A DNA stretch of 64,000 bases, taken from positions 5,252 to 69,251 of the forward strand of contig JACAFF010000017.1 in the NCBI GenBank assembly GCA_013388455.1, written 5' to 3'. Every line of letters begins with the position of its first letter. The stretch's first letter is position 1. The notes under the pieces were generated by a model, which did not search any database, was not told where the DNA came from, and saw only the letters and a list, made by a program, of their open reading frames with translations. The position numbers and the translations under genes were made by a program. Shown one piece after another: positions 28,946 to 39,577 of this stretch. The DNA is from Nitrospirota bacterium. Lineage in GTDB: Bacteria; Nitrospirota; Thermodesulfovibrionia; Thermodesulfovibrionales; SM23-35.

Positions 28946-29721
28946 TGCCAGCAATCGCAAAAACATTCAGCAGGCTTAAGATAGAAGGAAGAAAGGCTTT
29001 CATTCCCTATATTATGGCTGGCGATCCTTCTATTGAAAAAACAGAAGAAATTCTTCATTTATTTAAAGAATGTGGGGCGGATATTGTGGAGTTGGGAGTG
29101 CCTTTTTCTGACCCATTAGCAGATGGGCCAACAATCCAGCGTGCGTCAGAACGTGCATTACAAAATGGTATTACCTTAAGAAAAATAATTTCTTTTGTTA
29201 GAAACATAAGACAAAATCTCCATATTCCAATCGTGCTTATGACATACTTTAACCCGGTTTTTAAATATGGTATTCAGGATTTTATCAGGGATGCAAACGA
29301 CAGTGGTGTGAACGGTGTTATCATTCCTGATCTACCACCAGATGAAGCAACAGATTTCATTCAACTTGCAAAACATGCAAAAATAGACACAATTTTCCTG
29401 CTTGCGCCAACCTCTACAGAAAGCAGGATAAAAAAAGTTATAAAGGCATCAAGTGGTTTTATATACTATGTTTCTATAACTGGCATAACAGGAGCATCTC
29501 TTCTTTTCGATGGCTCAATGGACTTATTAATATCAAATATAAGGAAATACACGAATAAACCGGTTGCAGTAGGTTTTGGGATTTCTACTCCGGAAGAGGC
29601 TACTGCTGTCTCACGGATCTCTGATGGTATCATTATAGGAAGTGCCATTATCAAAAAGCTTCATGAAAGTCCTCTTGAATTAAAAAATTATCTTATAAGT
29701 CTGCGCGAGGCTATACAATGA
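28945..29721 (+). CDS. trpA: Tryptophan synthase alpha chain
   Basis: ELGVPFSDPLADGPTIQ, YYVSITGITG, VGFGIS. Confidence 0.97.
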   Translation: MPAIAKTFSRLKIEGRKAFIPYIMAGDPSIEKTEEILHLFKECGADIVELGVPFSDPLADGPTIQRASERALQNGITLRKIISFVRNIRQNLHIPIVLMTYFNPVFKYGIQDFIRDANDSGVNGVIIPDLPPDEATDFIQLAKHAKIDTIFLLAPTSTESRIKKVIKASSGFIYYVSITGITGASLLFDGSMDLLISNIRKYTNKPVAVGFGISTPEEATAVSRISDGIIIGSAIIKKLHESPLELKNYLISLREAIQ

Positions 29722-30821
29722 ACGATCTCATAAAAAAGCTCGAACAATTAAATACACTTATAGAACTTTCCTCACTGATTAATTCGACACTTGATACCAA
29801 TGAGATAAGAAAGCGAACTATTGAGGCTGCTGTTAAACTTCTGGATGCTGAGACAGGTAGCCTGTTGCTGATTGACACGGAAACAGGAGAACTCTTCTTT
29901 GAGGTTGCTCTCGGAGAAAAAGGTGATGTGCTTAAAAAAATAAGACTCAAAAAAGGGGAAGGTATCGCAGGATGGGTTGCAGAGAGTGGGGAGTCAATAA
30001 TTATTCATGATGTTCAATCAGACCCGAGATTTTTGAAAACAGCTGATGAAAAAAGTAAATTCATTACAAAAAATATGATATGTACTCCTGTCAAGTCAAA
30101 AGACTGCATCCTTGGGGTACTTGAAACAATTAATAAAAAAAATGGATCTTTTAACGAAGATGATAAAGAAATACTAATAGCCCTCTCAAATCAGGTTGCA
30201 ATTGCAATCGAAAACGCAAATCTTTATCAGAAATTGAAAGAAACATTCTATAGCACAGCAGAAGCTCTTGCAGAGACAATAGAAAAAAGGGATCCATATA
30301 CAGGAGGCCATACGCGCAGGGTAATGAACTACAGTTACAGTATCGGGAAAGCCATGGGACTTTCGAAAAATGATCTTGATAATCTTAAGCTTGCTGCAAT
30401 TTTACATGATGTAGGAAAAATCGGAGTTAAAGACAGTATTCTTCTGAAAGAAGACAGACTCAGCCCTGAGGAAAATGAGAAAATGTGCATGCATTGTGAA
30501 TATGGAGCAGAAATACTCGGTCATATAAAACATCTAAAAGATATCATTCCTGGAGTCAGGAATCATCATGAAAGAATTGACGGAAAAGGATATCCTGACA
30601 AACTGAAAAACGGTGATATCCCGCTCATAGCACGAATCATATCAGTTGCAGACACCTTTGATGCAATGACTACAGATAGACCTTATAGAAAGGCGTTGAG
30701 TCTTGAGACTGCGTTTGAAGAATTAAGAAAATATTCAGGGATTCAGTTTGATAAGGATGTTGTTAAGATCTTCATACAACTATGGGAAAAAGGGGAATTG
30801 AGTTTTCAACAAAAATCTTAA
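29718..30821 (+). CDS. GAF plus HD-GYP cyclic-di-GMP phosphodiesterase
   Basis: GAF (GIAGWVA), LHDVGKIG, HHERIDGKGYP, DAMTTDRPY. Confidence 0.92.
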   Translation: MNDLIKKLEQLNTLIELSSLINSTLDTNEIRKRTIEAAVKLLDAETGSLLLIDTETGELFFEVALGEKGDVLKKIRLKKGEGIAGWVAESGESIIIHDVQSDPRFLKTADEKSKFITKNMICTPVKSKDCILGVLETINKKNGSFNEDDKEILIALSNQVAIAIENANLYQKLKETFYSTAEALAETIEKRDPYTGGHTRRVMNYSYSIGKAMGLSKNDLDNLKLAAILHDVGKIGVKDSILLKEDRLSPEENEKMCMHCEYGAEILGHIKHLKDIIPGVRNHHERIDGKGYPDKLKNGDIPLIARIISVADTFDAMTTDRPYRKALSLETAFEELRKYSGIQFDKDVVKIFIQLWEKGELSFQQKS

Positions 30822-30842
30822 AAAACAATATATATAATCAAT

Positions 30843-31676
30843 ATGGCATGGTTTAAAAAGACAAAGGAATTAAAAGCAGAGAAAAAGGGGAAAATTCCAG
30901 AGGGTTTGTGGGTTAAATGTGAAGGATGCAAGGAGATTATTTATAAGAAAGAAATCGAAAAAAATCTCAAAGTATGTCCGAAATGCAATTACCATTTCAG
31001 AATTAGTGCACGCGAAAGATTAAAGCTACTTGTTGATGAAGGAAGTTTTGTTGAAATCAATGAAGGGCTCGAATCTGTTGATCCTCTCCATTTTAATGAT
31101 AAGATTTCCTATAAAGACAGGCTAAAAGAGAACCAGAAAAAAACTAATTTAAGAGATGCTGTAATTTCTGGCAATGCACTTATAAAAGGATATCCAATCA
31201 GTCTTATTGTTATGGATTTCTCCTTTATGGGCGGAAGTATGGGATCTGTTGTCGGAGAAAAAGTAGCAAGGGCTGCAGAGAGAGCTATTGAAGAAAGGCA
31301 TTCACTGCTTGCAGTCTCATCATCAGGTGGCGCAAGAATGCAGGAAGGAATCTTTTCACTAATGCAGATGGCAAAAGTTTCCTCTGTAATAGCCAGACTT
31401 AAAGATGCCGATCTTCTATATATATCAATATTATGTGACCCGACCTTTGGAGGTGTTACCGCAAGTTTTGCAAGTCTTGGAGACATTATTATTGCTGAAC
31501 CTAAAAGTCTGATTGGTTTTGCCGGCCCACGGGTAATCGAGCAGACTATTAAACAACCATTACCAGATGATTTCCAGAGGGCTGATTTTCTTCTCGAACA
31601 TGGCCTCATTGACATAATAGTAGATAGAAAAAACCTCAGGGATACGATCGCTAAGCTCTTTGAACTTCTTTTATGA
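30843..31676 (+). CDS. accD: Acetyl-CoA carboxylase carboxyltransferase beta
   Basis: LWVKC zinc finger, GGSMGSVVGEK, SGGARMQE, FAGPRVIEQT. Confidence 0.97.
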   Translation: MAWFKKTKELKAEKKGKIPEGLWVKCEGCKEIIYKKEIEKNLKVCPKCNYHFRISARERLKLLVDEGSFVEINEGLESVDPLHFNDKISYKDRLKENQKKTNLRDAVISGNALIKGYPISLIVMDFSFMGGSMGSVVGEKVARAAERAIEERHSLLAVSSSGGARMQEGIFSLMQMAKVSSVIARLKDADLLYISILCDPTFGGVTASFASLGDIIIAEPKSLIGFAGPRVIEQTIKQPLPDDFQRADFLLEHGLIDIIVDRKNLRDTIAKLFELLL

Positions 31677-32998
31677 GCTATAGCGAAACAGTCAATTATC
31701 TTTACAATCTTCAGAAATACGGCATTAAATTCGGACTTGAGAATATTCAGCGGCTAATGTCATCTCTCGATAATCCCCATAAAGCATTCCGTTTCGTTCA
31801 TGTTGCTGGAACAAATGGTAAAGGCTCGACTTCAGCGATGATTGCATCGCTGCTTAAAAAAACTGGTTTAAAAGTGGGGCTCTTTACTTCACCACACCTT
31901 GTTAGTTTCACAGAGAGAATAAGGGTTAACGGAGATGAAATAACTGAAAATGAGGTAATCAGCCTCGCATCTCATATTAAAAAAGTTGTTGAAAAAATTG
32001 AGGATTTTTCGCCAACCTTTTTTGAAACAGTAACAGCAATGGCAATACTCTATTTCAAAGAAAAAAAGATTGACATAGCAGTCATGGAGGTTGGCATGGG
32101 CGGTAGGCTCGATGCAACAAATATAATACTTCCAGAAGTTTCTGTTATTACATCAATAAGTTTTGACCACAGGGAATTTCTCGGCGACTCTCTTGAAGAT
32201 ATCGCTCGTGAGAAGGCAGGTATTATCAAGAAAGGCATCCCGGTTGTAACAGCCAGGCAAGAAATTCCTGCCGATAAGTTGATAAAAAAAACTGCTGATC
32301 TGATGGGTTCGCCACTTTACATATATGGCAGAGATTTTGGAGGATTAATCAGGGCATCGGATATAAGAGGAATTACTATGAAATACTTTGATAATATAAC
32401 ATCTATCGATGATATCTTTATTCCACTTGCGGGAGAGCATCAGCTTATTAATTCATGTATTGCAATTAAATCTGTTCTTCTTTTAACAGAGAAACTTAAA
32501 AGAAACCTTTTACTCTCATCTGTGAAGCAAGCATTCTGCGATCTCAAATGGCCCGGAAGGCTGGAATTTATTGCGGCTGATCCTCCTGTTCTTATAGACG
32601 GCGCACATAATCCTTCTGCTGCAAAGGCTCTTTCAGACACATTAAAAACAACCTTTAAAAACAGGTTTAAAAAAATTATTATGATACTCGGTGTAATGGC
32701 TGATAAAGATATCAGCGGAATTATGGAACCCCTCCTCCCCTTAGCTGATGAGATTATCTTTACAACACCTGCATATAGCAGAGCTGCATCCCCTGAAAAA
32801 CTTAAACAAGTTGCGAAATCATTGGGTTTCAGCAATATGCAAACTGCACAAACAGTTAAAGATGCAATAGAAACTGCCACACAACTCGCTCTTAGAAAAC
32901 AGAATCCTCTTATTATGATAACAGGCTCTTTTTATACAATAGGTGAAGCAAAGGAAGTTCTCGGACAGAAAGGAGTTCTTACAAATCTGCGCGAATGA
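31673..32998 (+). CDS. folC: Folylpolyglutamate synthase/dihydrofolate synthase
   Basis: HVAGTNGKGS, FTSPHL, EVGMGGRLDATN, DGAHNP. Confidence 0.96.
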   Translation: MSYSETVNYLYNLQKYGIKFGLENIQRLMSSLDNPHKAFRFVHVAGTNGKGSTSAMIASLLKKTGLKVGLFTSPHLVSFTERIRVNGDEITENEVISLASHIKKVVEKIEDFSPTFFETVTAMAILYFKEKKIDIAVMEVGMGGRLDATNIILPEVSVITSISFDHREFLGDSLEDIAREKAGIIKKGIPVVTARQEIPADKLIKKTADLMGSPLYIYGRDFGGLIRASDIRGITMKYFDNITSIDDIFIPLAGEHQLINSCIAIKSVLLLTEKLKRNLLLSSVKQAFCDLKWPGRLEFIAADPPVLIDGAHNPSAAKALSDTLKTTFKNRFKKIIMILGVMADKDISGIMEPLLPLADEIIFTTPAYSRAASPEKLKQVAKSLGFSNMQTAQTVKDAIETATQLALRKQNPLIMITGSFYTIGEAKEVLGQKGVLTNLRE

Positions 32999-35073
32999 AA
33001 ACAAGAGAAAAAAAACAAATACCTCAATTAAACTATAAGCACCTCAGACGTTTGATACTCGTGTCATTGCGAGCCCTCAAAATGCTTTCGGGGAACGAAC
33101 ATTACACTTGCAATGACAATTCTTATAGCTGGATTGTAGAAGTATTATTATTCATACTACCGACGTGTATCTTTGTCCTTCTTCTTTCACCTTCCCATGT
33201 TTATGCTGCAGAAGAGCAAACTAACATCGTTGCTGATAACCTTCAATATCTAAAAGAGACATCCACCTACATTGCTACCGGGAAAGTGAAGATTCAAAAG
33301 ACTGATGTTGTTATTGAAGCTGATGAGATAATCTATAATGAACAGACCTCGGATATGGTTGCAACAGGGAATGTAACTTACAAAGACCCTGATGTTTCGA
33401 TAAATGCAGATAAGGTATCTATGAACCTTAATAAAAAAACAGGGAAAATCCTTAATGCAAAAATCTTTTATAAAAAAGACAACTACCACATTTATGGAAA
33501 AGAGATTGAAAAAAAAGGCGAAAATTATTATTCAAGTCCAGAAGCTATGTTTACAACGTGCGATGGTCTGAATCCTTCATGGTGCTTTAAAGGAGAAGAC
33601 ATTGAGGCTATAGTTGGCGATACACTAAAAGCCAGAAATGCATCTTTTCGTATAAAAAATATTCCATTACTATACAGCCCTTATTTTAGTGCACCTGTTC
33701 TTGCAGACAGGGAAACAGGTCTTTTAATCCCGCTGATTGGATATAGCGACATAAGGGGCTTTAATTTGAATATCCCGTTTTACTGGGCAATCTCAGAGAA
33801 TCGTGATGCAACATTTTATCTTGACATCTATACAAAGCGTGGATTGGGACAGGGGCTGGAATATCGGTATGTTGAACCTTTTAATATCAGGGGAGAATGG
33901 TGGCTTTATCACTTACAGGATAATGAACTCCGTAAAGACTATTACGAGTTCAAAGGAGTCCATAAGCATTTCTCCTCAAACAGTATCGGCGGATTTTTGA
34001 ATGTAAATCTTGTGAATGAGAAAGACTTTTATAGAGAATTTAAAACAAACCTCGAGATACAGTCTAATCGCTTCCTTGAATCAATAGGTGAGATATCGAT
34101 TCCGTTCACTCAATCACGTCTATTCTTTCTCTCACAATACTGGATTGACCTAAGAGAAAATACCTTACCTGTCTCACAAAAACTTCCTGAAGTTGGCCTT
34201 ATTTTAAATAATCATGAGGTTGGTCCTGTATGGTTTTTCAATTCAGCAACTGTATCAAATCTATGGAGAGAAGAAGGATTACGCGGACAGAGGGTTGACC
34301 TATATCCGAGTATATTTCATACATTTGGAAGTGATCTCACTGTTTCGCAGATGTTATCTTTTCGTGAGACAGCATATTTTTTTCAAGATTACGATGAAGA
34401 CAGTCTTCACAGGGAATCTCTGGAATACTCCATTAAAGTAAATACGAGATTTATGAAGAATTACAGTAAATTTATACATGTTATTGAACCAACTTTAAGT
34501 TATACTCTTATTTCAAATTCAGAGGAAGACATTCCGGTTTTTGATTCAACTGAATTTTTCAATAAGACTTCCTTAATCGAGCTTGCCCTGCTCAACAGGA
34601 TTATTCAAAGTAAAGGTGAGTTTATTGTCTTCAGGGCATCACAGGGCTTTGATTCAAATAAAGGAGACAGACCCTTCCGGCCATTGAAATTTGAGTTGGG
34701 GATAAAACTACCTGTTCAATTAAGGCTCGAGGCCGATTATAACGTAAATACAGGCAGAATGACGAGCATCATTTCTGACATCAGGGCGACCATAAATGGA
34801 GTAACGTTATTTACTTCCCAGATATATAATAAGAAACATAATACAACATATTACCGTACAGGAATCGGAGTCCATCCATTTAAGCCCTTATATCTCCATG
34901 GAAGGTTCTGGTATGATGCTGAGGAAAATGAGACAAAAGAGATTGCGTTGAATATAAGATACCTGAGCCAGTGCTGGGGTTTATTAACCGAAGTCATAAA
35001 AAGACCCGATGATTTTATTATCTCCGTTATGTTTGAGCTGAAAGGGATAACAAATCTGTTCAAGCTTTATTAA
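32995..35073 (+). CDS. lptD: LPS-assembly protein LptD
   Basis: OstA-like N-domain, FTTC, RETGLLIP, PFYWAI, SQCWG; follows folC. Start uncertain. Confidence 0.85.
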   Translation: MKTREKKQIPQLNYKHLRRLILVSLRALKMLSGNEHYTCNDNSYSWIVEVLLFILPTCIFVLLLSPSHVYAAEEQTNIVADNLQYLKETSTYIATGKVKIQKTDVVIEADEIIYNEQTSDMVATGNVTYKDPDVSINADKVSMNLNKKTGKILNAKIFYKKDNYHIYGKEIEKKGENYYSSPEAMFTTCDGLNPSWCFKGEDIEAIVGDTLKARNASFRIKNIPLLYSPYFSAPVLADRETGLLIPLIGYSDIRGFNLNIPFYWAISENRDATFYLDIYTKRGLGQGLEYRYVEPFNIRGEWWLYHLQDNELRKDYYEFKGVHKHFSSNSIGGFLNVNLVNEKDFYREFKTNLEIQSNRFLESIGEISIPFTQSRLFFLSQYWIDLRENTLPVSQKLPEVGLILNNHEVGPVWFFNSATVSNLWREEGLRGQRVDLYPSIFHTFGSDLTVSQMLSFRETAYFFQDYDEDSLHRESLEYSIKVNTRFMKNYSKFIHVIEPTLSYTLISNSEEDIPVFDSTEFFNKTSLIELALLNRIIQSKGEFIVFRASQGFDSNKGDRPFRPLKFELGIKLPVQLRLEADYNVNTGRMTSIISDIRATINGVTLFTSQIYNKKHNTTYYRTGIGVHPFKPLYLHGRFWYDAEENETKEIALNIRYLSQCWGLLTEVIKRPDDFIISVMFELKGITNLFKLY
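33062..33118. repeat. REP-like palindrome inside the lptD 5' region
   Basis: TGTCATTGCGAG ... CTTGCAATGACA (11/12 inverted match). Confidence 0.65.
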
Positions 35074-35597
35074 TTTTTCATTTTTCCTATTACCTTTTGA
35101 ATAGTTTCAACGATTTCATCAACTGAGGTTTTTTCCGTATCCACAATCATTTCGGGATTGAGCGGTTCTTCATATGGAGCTGTTAATCCGGGCACGGGCC
35201 AGCCAGCGGCGCCCTTCTGATAAATATCTCTGGGTGCCTTGTGCGTATCAATCCTTTTTTGTTCGCGCTCCTTGCAGATTTGAATCGGGCATTTCAAATA
35301 TATCTCTGCATATCGGGGAATTAATTGTCTTGCAAGGTCTCGCCATCTCCTCATATTTCCTGTTGCATCAATGATAACGTTGTGTCCAAGTTCAGTTAGC
35401 ATCCAGGCTATAAAGACTATCGCACGATATAGTATTTCTCTCTCAGAATCAGAATATGTTGGTTCAGGCGTAACAACCTTTCTCAACTCATCCATCCTGA
35501 GTATAATAAATTCAGGATAAACATTCTTTAAGACCTCAGCCACTGTGCTCTTGCCGCTCCCGGGCAGCCCTGTTATCCAGATTGCCATTCCTTTCAT
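35070..35597 (-). CDS. Adenylyl-sulfate kinase-like P-loop kinase
   Basis: IWITGLPGSGKST, APYEEPLNPE; lacks the canonical LDGD. Confidence 0.75.
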   Translation of the reverse strand: MKGMAIWITGLPGSGKSTVAEVLKNVYPEFIILRMDELRKVVTPEPTYSDSEREILYRAIVFIAWMLTELGHNVIIDATGNMRRWRDLARQLIPRYAEIYLKCPIQICKEREQKRIDTHKAPRDIYQKGAAGWPVPGLTAPYEEPLNPEMIVDTEKTSVDEIVETIQKVIGKMKN

Positions 35598-35654
35598 TTC
35601 AGACAAAGCTTAGTATTTTTTTTATAGGAAATCAAGAACATTAATACCATCTAA

Positions 35655-35707
35655 TATCCGCTCCCCCTTTATCCCCTTCCCTCAAGGGATGGAAGAAATT
35701 GCGGATA
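35655..35707. repeat. C-rich/G-rich palindromic REP-like element
   Basis: TATCCGC...CCCCCTTTATCCCCTTCCCTCAAGGGATGG...GCGGATA; resembles 22025-22053. Confidence 0.5.
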
Positions 35708-35913
35708 CATTATAAAATTATGGGAAAGTAAGCCTTTTTGTATTCCATCACGGAAAAGTGATTGCGTTTATTAACAGTAATATGCTATTATCTTCCTGAA
35801 GCTTAAAGGAGTGTTTGTTGTATAGAATCATCAGAGCATTCTGAAGCAAGGTTTTTTATGACATTACCTCTTTATGCATGCTTCAAATTTTTTTTGAAAG
35901 GAGGGGTGTCATC

Positions 35914-36114
35914 ATGGCAAAAGGTACTGTTAAGTGGTTTAATGAGTCAAAAGGCTATGGCTTTATCACCAAAGAAGATGGCGGTGATGTTTTTGCTCAT
36001 TACTCAGCTATCGAAGGCAATGGGTTTAAAACCCTTGCTGAAGGCGATAAGGTGAGCTTTGATGTTGTTAATGGAGATAAAGGTCCAAAGGCAACAAAGA
36101 TTGTAAAACTGTAA
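35914..36114 (+). CDS. Cold-shock protein (CspA family)
   Basis: [37 protein letters not shown]. Confidence 0.96.
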   Translation: MAKGTVKWFNESKGYGFITKEDGGDVFAHYSAIEGNGFKTLAEGDKVSFDVVNGDKGPKATKIVKL

Positions 36115-36119
36115 TCTAA

Positions 36120-36153
36120 GAAACCAGGCTCTGATTAGACAGAGCCTGGTTTC
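36120..36153 (+). terminator. Terminator-like hairpin after csp
   Basis: GAAACCAGGCTCTG-attaga-CAGAGCCTGGTTTC; short U tract. Confidence 0.7.
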
Positions 36154-36340
36154 CATCTCCCCAATGAACTAAAGCCCTCAAAAAGACTAAAGGCAAGAAA
36201 AAATTAGTATTTTCTATACTGTTAATTCATAATTTTTATATAAAATCATTGCAAAAATAAAAATTTAAGAGGATTTTTTATTAAAACCAAAGTATTGAAC
36301 CGTTTATTGTGTTATACTAAAGACTTAAAATATAACGAAT

Positions 36341-38887
36341 ATGTCATATCGAGCATGGTTTGAATGCATAAACCCTGAGTGTAAAGCAACCTACCCGCTT
36401 AACTCAATTATTTATCGCTGTAAAGATTGCGGGGAATTATTGGAAGTTCGGCATGACATTCAAGCCCTTTCAAATATTGATCCAAAAGCATGGACAAAGC
36501 TCTTCGACGAACGTTATAAGTCCACAGAGTGGCCATATGGCTCAGGTGTATGGGGGAAAAAGGAATGGGTTCTACCAGAGATTAACAACGATAACATTGT
36601 TTCTCTTTACGAAGGAGGCACAAATCTTTTCTGGGCTGAACGGTTCGGAAAGATGTTAGGACTTGATGATCTCTGGATCAAACTCTGTGGCAACTCTCAC
36701 AGTGGTTCATTTAAAGACCTTGGGATGACAGTGCTTGTATCCCAGGTAAAACAGATGATTAGTGAAGGTGCACCAATCAAGGCGGTTGCCTGCGCCTCTA
36801 CAGGAGATACCTCAGCAGCACTGGCTGTATATTGTGCAGCAGCCGGAATACAATCTATCGTTCTTCTGCCTAAAGGCAAAATATCAATTGCACAGCTTGT
36901 TCAGCCTATCTCCAATGGCTCACTTGTATTGTCTCTGGACACTGATTTTGACGGTTGCATGCATGTTGTCAAGGAAATCACAAAAGACGAAACAATATAT
37001 CTTGCAAATTCGATGAACTCCTTAAGAATCGAAGGTCAAAAAACTGTTGGCATTGAGATCATTCAGCAGTTCGACTGGGAAACCCCTGATGTTATTATCA
37101 TCCCTGGAGGCAACCTTGGAAACGTCTCTGCACTTGGAAATGGGCTCCTTATGATGCGTGATCTTGGTCTGATTTCAAAACTACCGCGTATTGTTGTTGC
37201 ACAGGCTGAACGAGCCAATCCACTTTATCGTTCATATCTTAAAAATTTTGAAACATTCGAGCCTATTGAAGCTCAAAAGACACTGGCCAGTGCTATTCAG
37301 ATAGGCAATCCAGTAAGTGTTAATAAAGCTATCCGAACTCTTAAGCAGTTTAATGGTATTGTCGAACAGGCAACAGAACAAGAACTTGCCGATGCTGCTG
37401 CATTAGGGGATACCACTGGCATGTTCAACGACCCTCATACAGGGGTAGCGCTGGCAGTTTTGATTAAATTAATTACTTCAGGAAAGATTGACAAATCTGA
37501 ACGTATTGTTGTTATCTCTACAGCTCACGGGCTTAAATTCACTGACTTCAAGGTTCGTTATCATGAGGGCACCCTTGAATTTCCGAGCCACTTTGCAAAC
37601 AAACCCATCGAACTGCCACCCAGCATAGATGCAGTTAAGGAAGTTCTTCAGCAAGCTCTTAAGAAGAGGAGGAATCCCATGGCGAAAAAATCTTCAAAAA
37701 CAAAAATTTGGAAACCAGCAACGCTCGCAATTCACGGCCTAAAAAGAATTCCTAAAGCACATTATTCGGTTTCCACTCCCATTGTTCAAACCTCTAATTA
37801 CTATTTCGATTCCACTGCTGAAGTATTGGAGTTCATGAAAGCAAAAAAGGCTGGCAATCTGGTTCGTGAACATGAATATGGCCGATACGGGAATCCAACT
37901 CAACAGGAATGTGAACGGAAACTTGCTGCTATCGAAGGTGCTGAAAGGGCTATGCTTTTTGCTACAGGAATGAGTGCAGTGATTATGACCTTGCTTGCCT
38001 ACATGAGACGAAACGGCCATATAATTTTCACAAATGATTGCTACCGTCAGACACGTGACTTTGCCACAAAGCTACAAGCAGAATTCGGGATTGAAGTCTC
38101 ACTGGTAGACCCGAATGCTGATGCTATTTCGAGAGCAATTCAACCCAATACAAATATAATCTTCACTGAATCCCCGACAAATCCTTATCTTCGGGTATTG
38201 GATATTAAATCAGTTGTGAAAGTTGCGCAAAAGCACAATTTAATGACCATAATTGATGCAACACTGGCAACCCCTTATAATATCAAGCCTTTAGAAATGG
38301 GTGTGGATATTGTCATCCATTCTGCTACAAAATACCTTGGTGGCCACAATGACTTGCTGGCTGGGGTCGTGCTCGGGAAACAAGAAATTCTTAACGAACT
38401 TAATACTATGCAGCGCATGATAGGCGCTACCCCTGGTCCTTTTACCTGTTTTCTACTTGAACGTGGACTAAAAACCTTTGCACTCCGGATGGAACATCAC
38501 AATAGGGCTGGCTTGACTATCGCCCGTATGCTTGAATCACATCCAAAAATTGAAAAGGTATGGTATCCAGGACTCGATTCTCATCCTGACCACAAAATTG
38601 CTGTTCAGCAAATGAGCGGATTTGGAAGTGTCATAACTTTTCTTATTAAAGGTGGGGCAAAAGAAACCCGAAAGTTTATTGATTCACTTGAGCTTTTTCT
38701 TATAACACCCAGTCTTGGAGGCAGTGAAAGTCTTGTTACCCAGATGGCAACCATGTCATTCTTTGATTACCCTGAGGAATACAGACGCTCAATCGGCATG
38801 GTAGATAATTTAGTACGCATTGCTCTGGGATTAGAAGATGTTGATGATCTTATCTTTGATTTAAATCAGGCATTAGACAAGATCTGA
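36341..38887 (+). CDS. thrC: Threonine synthase fused to cystathionine gamma-synthase-family PLP enzyme
   Basis: N-half [30 protein letters not shown]-half [32 protein letters not shown]. Confidence 0.92.
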   Translation: MSYRAWFECINPECKATYPLNSIIYRCKDCGELLEVRHDIQALSNIDPKAWTKLFDERYKSTEWPYGSGVWGKKEWVLPEINNDNIVSLYEGGTNLFWAERFGKMLGLDDLWIKLCGNSHSGSFKDLGMTVLVSQVKQMISEGAPIKAVACASTGDTSAALAVYCAAAGIQSIVLLPKGKISIAQLVQPISNGSLVLSLDTDFDGCMHVVKEITKDETIYLANSMNSLRIEGQKTVGIEIIQQFDWETPDVIIIPGGNLGNVSALGNGLLMMRDLGLISKLPRIVVAQAERANPLYRSYLKNFETFEPIEAQKTLASAIQIGNPVSVNKAIRTLKQFNGIVEQATEQELADAAALGDTTGMFNDPHTGVALAVLIKLITSGKIDKSERIVVISTAHGLKFTDFKVRYHEGTLEFPSHFANKPIELPPSIDAVKEVLQQALKKRRNPMAKKSSKTKIWKPATLAIHGLKRIPKAHYSVSTPIVQTSNYYFDSTAEVLEFMKAKKAGNLVREHEYGRYGNPTQQECERKLAAIEGAERAMLFATGMSAVIMTLLAYMRRNGHIIFTNDCYRQTRDFATKLQAEFGIEVSLVDPNADAISRAIQPNTNIIFTESPTNPYLRVLDIKSVVKVAQKHNLMTIIDATLATPYNIKPLEMGVDIVIHSATKYLGGHNDLLAGVVLGKQEILNELNTMQRMIGATPGPFTCFLLERGLKTFALRMEHHNRAGLTIARMLESHPKIEKVWYPGLDSHPDHKIAVQQMSGFGSVITFLIKGGAKETRKFIDSLELFLITPSLGGSESLVTQMATMSFFDYPEEYRRSIGMVDNLVRIALGLEDVDDLIFDLNQALDKI

Positions 38888-38899
38888 ATATAGCTATTA

Positions 38900-39385
38900 T
38901 CATCCTTCTACGATACTATACTCATTCCACATAAACCAGTTACCCGTGTCTGATAGAAATGAATGCGTATTCTCAAGAATTGAATAGTGCTCCTGCTCAT
39001 CTTTTATAATACATTCAAAAAATTTCCTCTCCAAAGGATCACTTGCATTTGAAGCAGCCTGCTGATAGAATTTGATTGTCTCTTCCTCCATCTTCATAGC
39101 TATTTCAAGGGCATGTAAATCATCGGATGTTGAGGACACACGCTGTAACATTTCTTGCTTATTCTTCTCAAAAATACTCTTCATGTCCTGCAAAGGTGTT
39201 GTTTCAGATGGGCTAAATTCCTGACCATGCGTAACCTTGTTTGCACATGCGATATGATATTTCTCATCTTCTGCAATGCTCAGAAACATCTTCTTTCCGA
39301 ATGGATTATTAGTTTTCGCCGCACATTTTGTATAGAAATCTATAGCCTCCTGCTCCATTTTCATAGCTATTTCAATAGCATTCAT
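38900..39385 (-). CDS. Rubrerythrin/ferritin-like diiron protein
   Basis: Duplicated A(I/L)EIAMKME...FY...DExxH motifs. Confidence 0.88.
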   Translation of the reverse strand: MNAIEIAMKMEQEAIDFYTKCAAKTNNPFGKKMFLSIAEDEKYHIACANKVTHGQEFSPSETTPLQDMKSIFEKNKQEMLQRVSSTSDDLHALEIAMKMEEETIKFYQQAASNASDPLERKFFECIIKDEQEHYSILENTHSFLSDTGNWFMWNEYSIVEG

Positions 39386-39577
39386 TTTTCCTCCTTGATA
39401 AGCACCTTGCTTTGTAAGTTTTTATGCCGAGTAGTTTTGCAGACTATATTAACATATAATAATCTAAAGCGTGCATGTAGCGAGCAGAAGCATCACCTAT
39501 AACTTATAAAAAATAATTCTGATTTACAATTTAATGGTATTTATTCTATAGTAAAATAACTTTTAGAGTTATGGCAC

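Noticed and set aside
36155..36340. SAM riboswitch or T-box upstream of the thrC fusion
   Set aside because: AT-rich, and I could not find the conserved core motifs by eye; an Infernal scan would be decisive.
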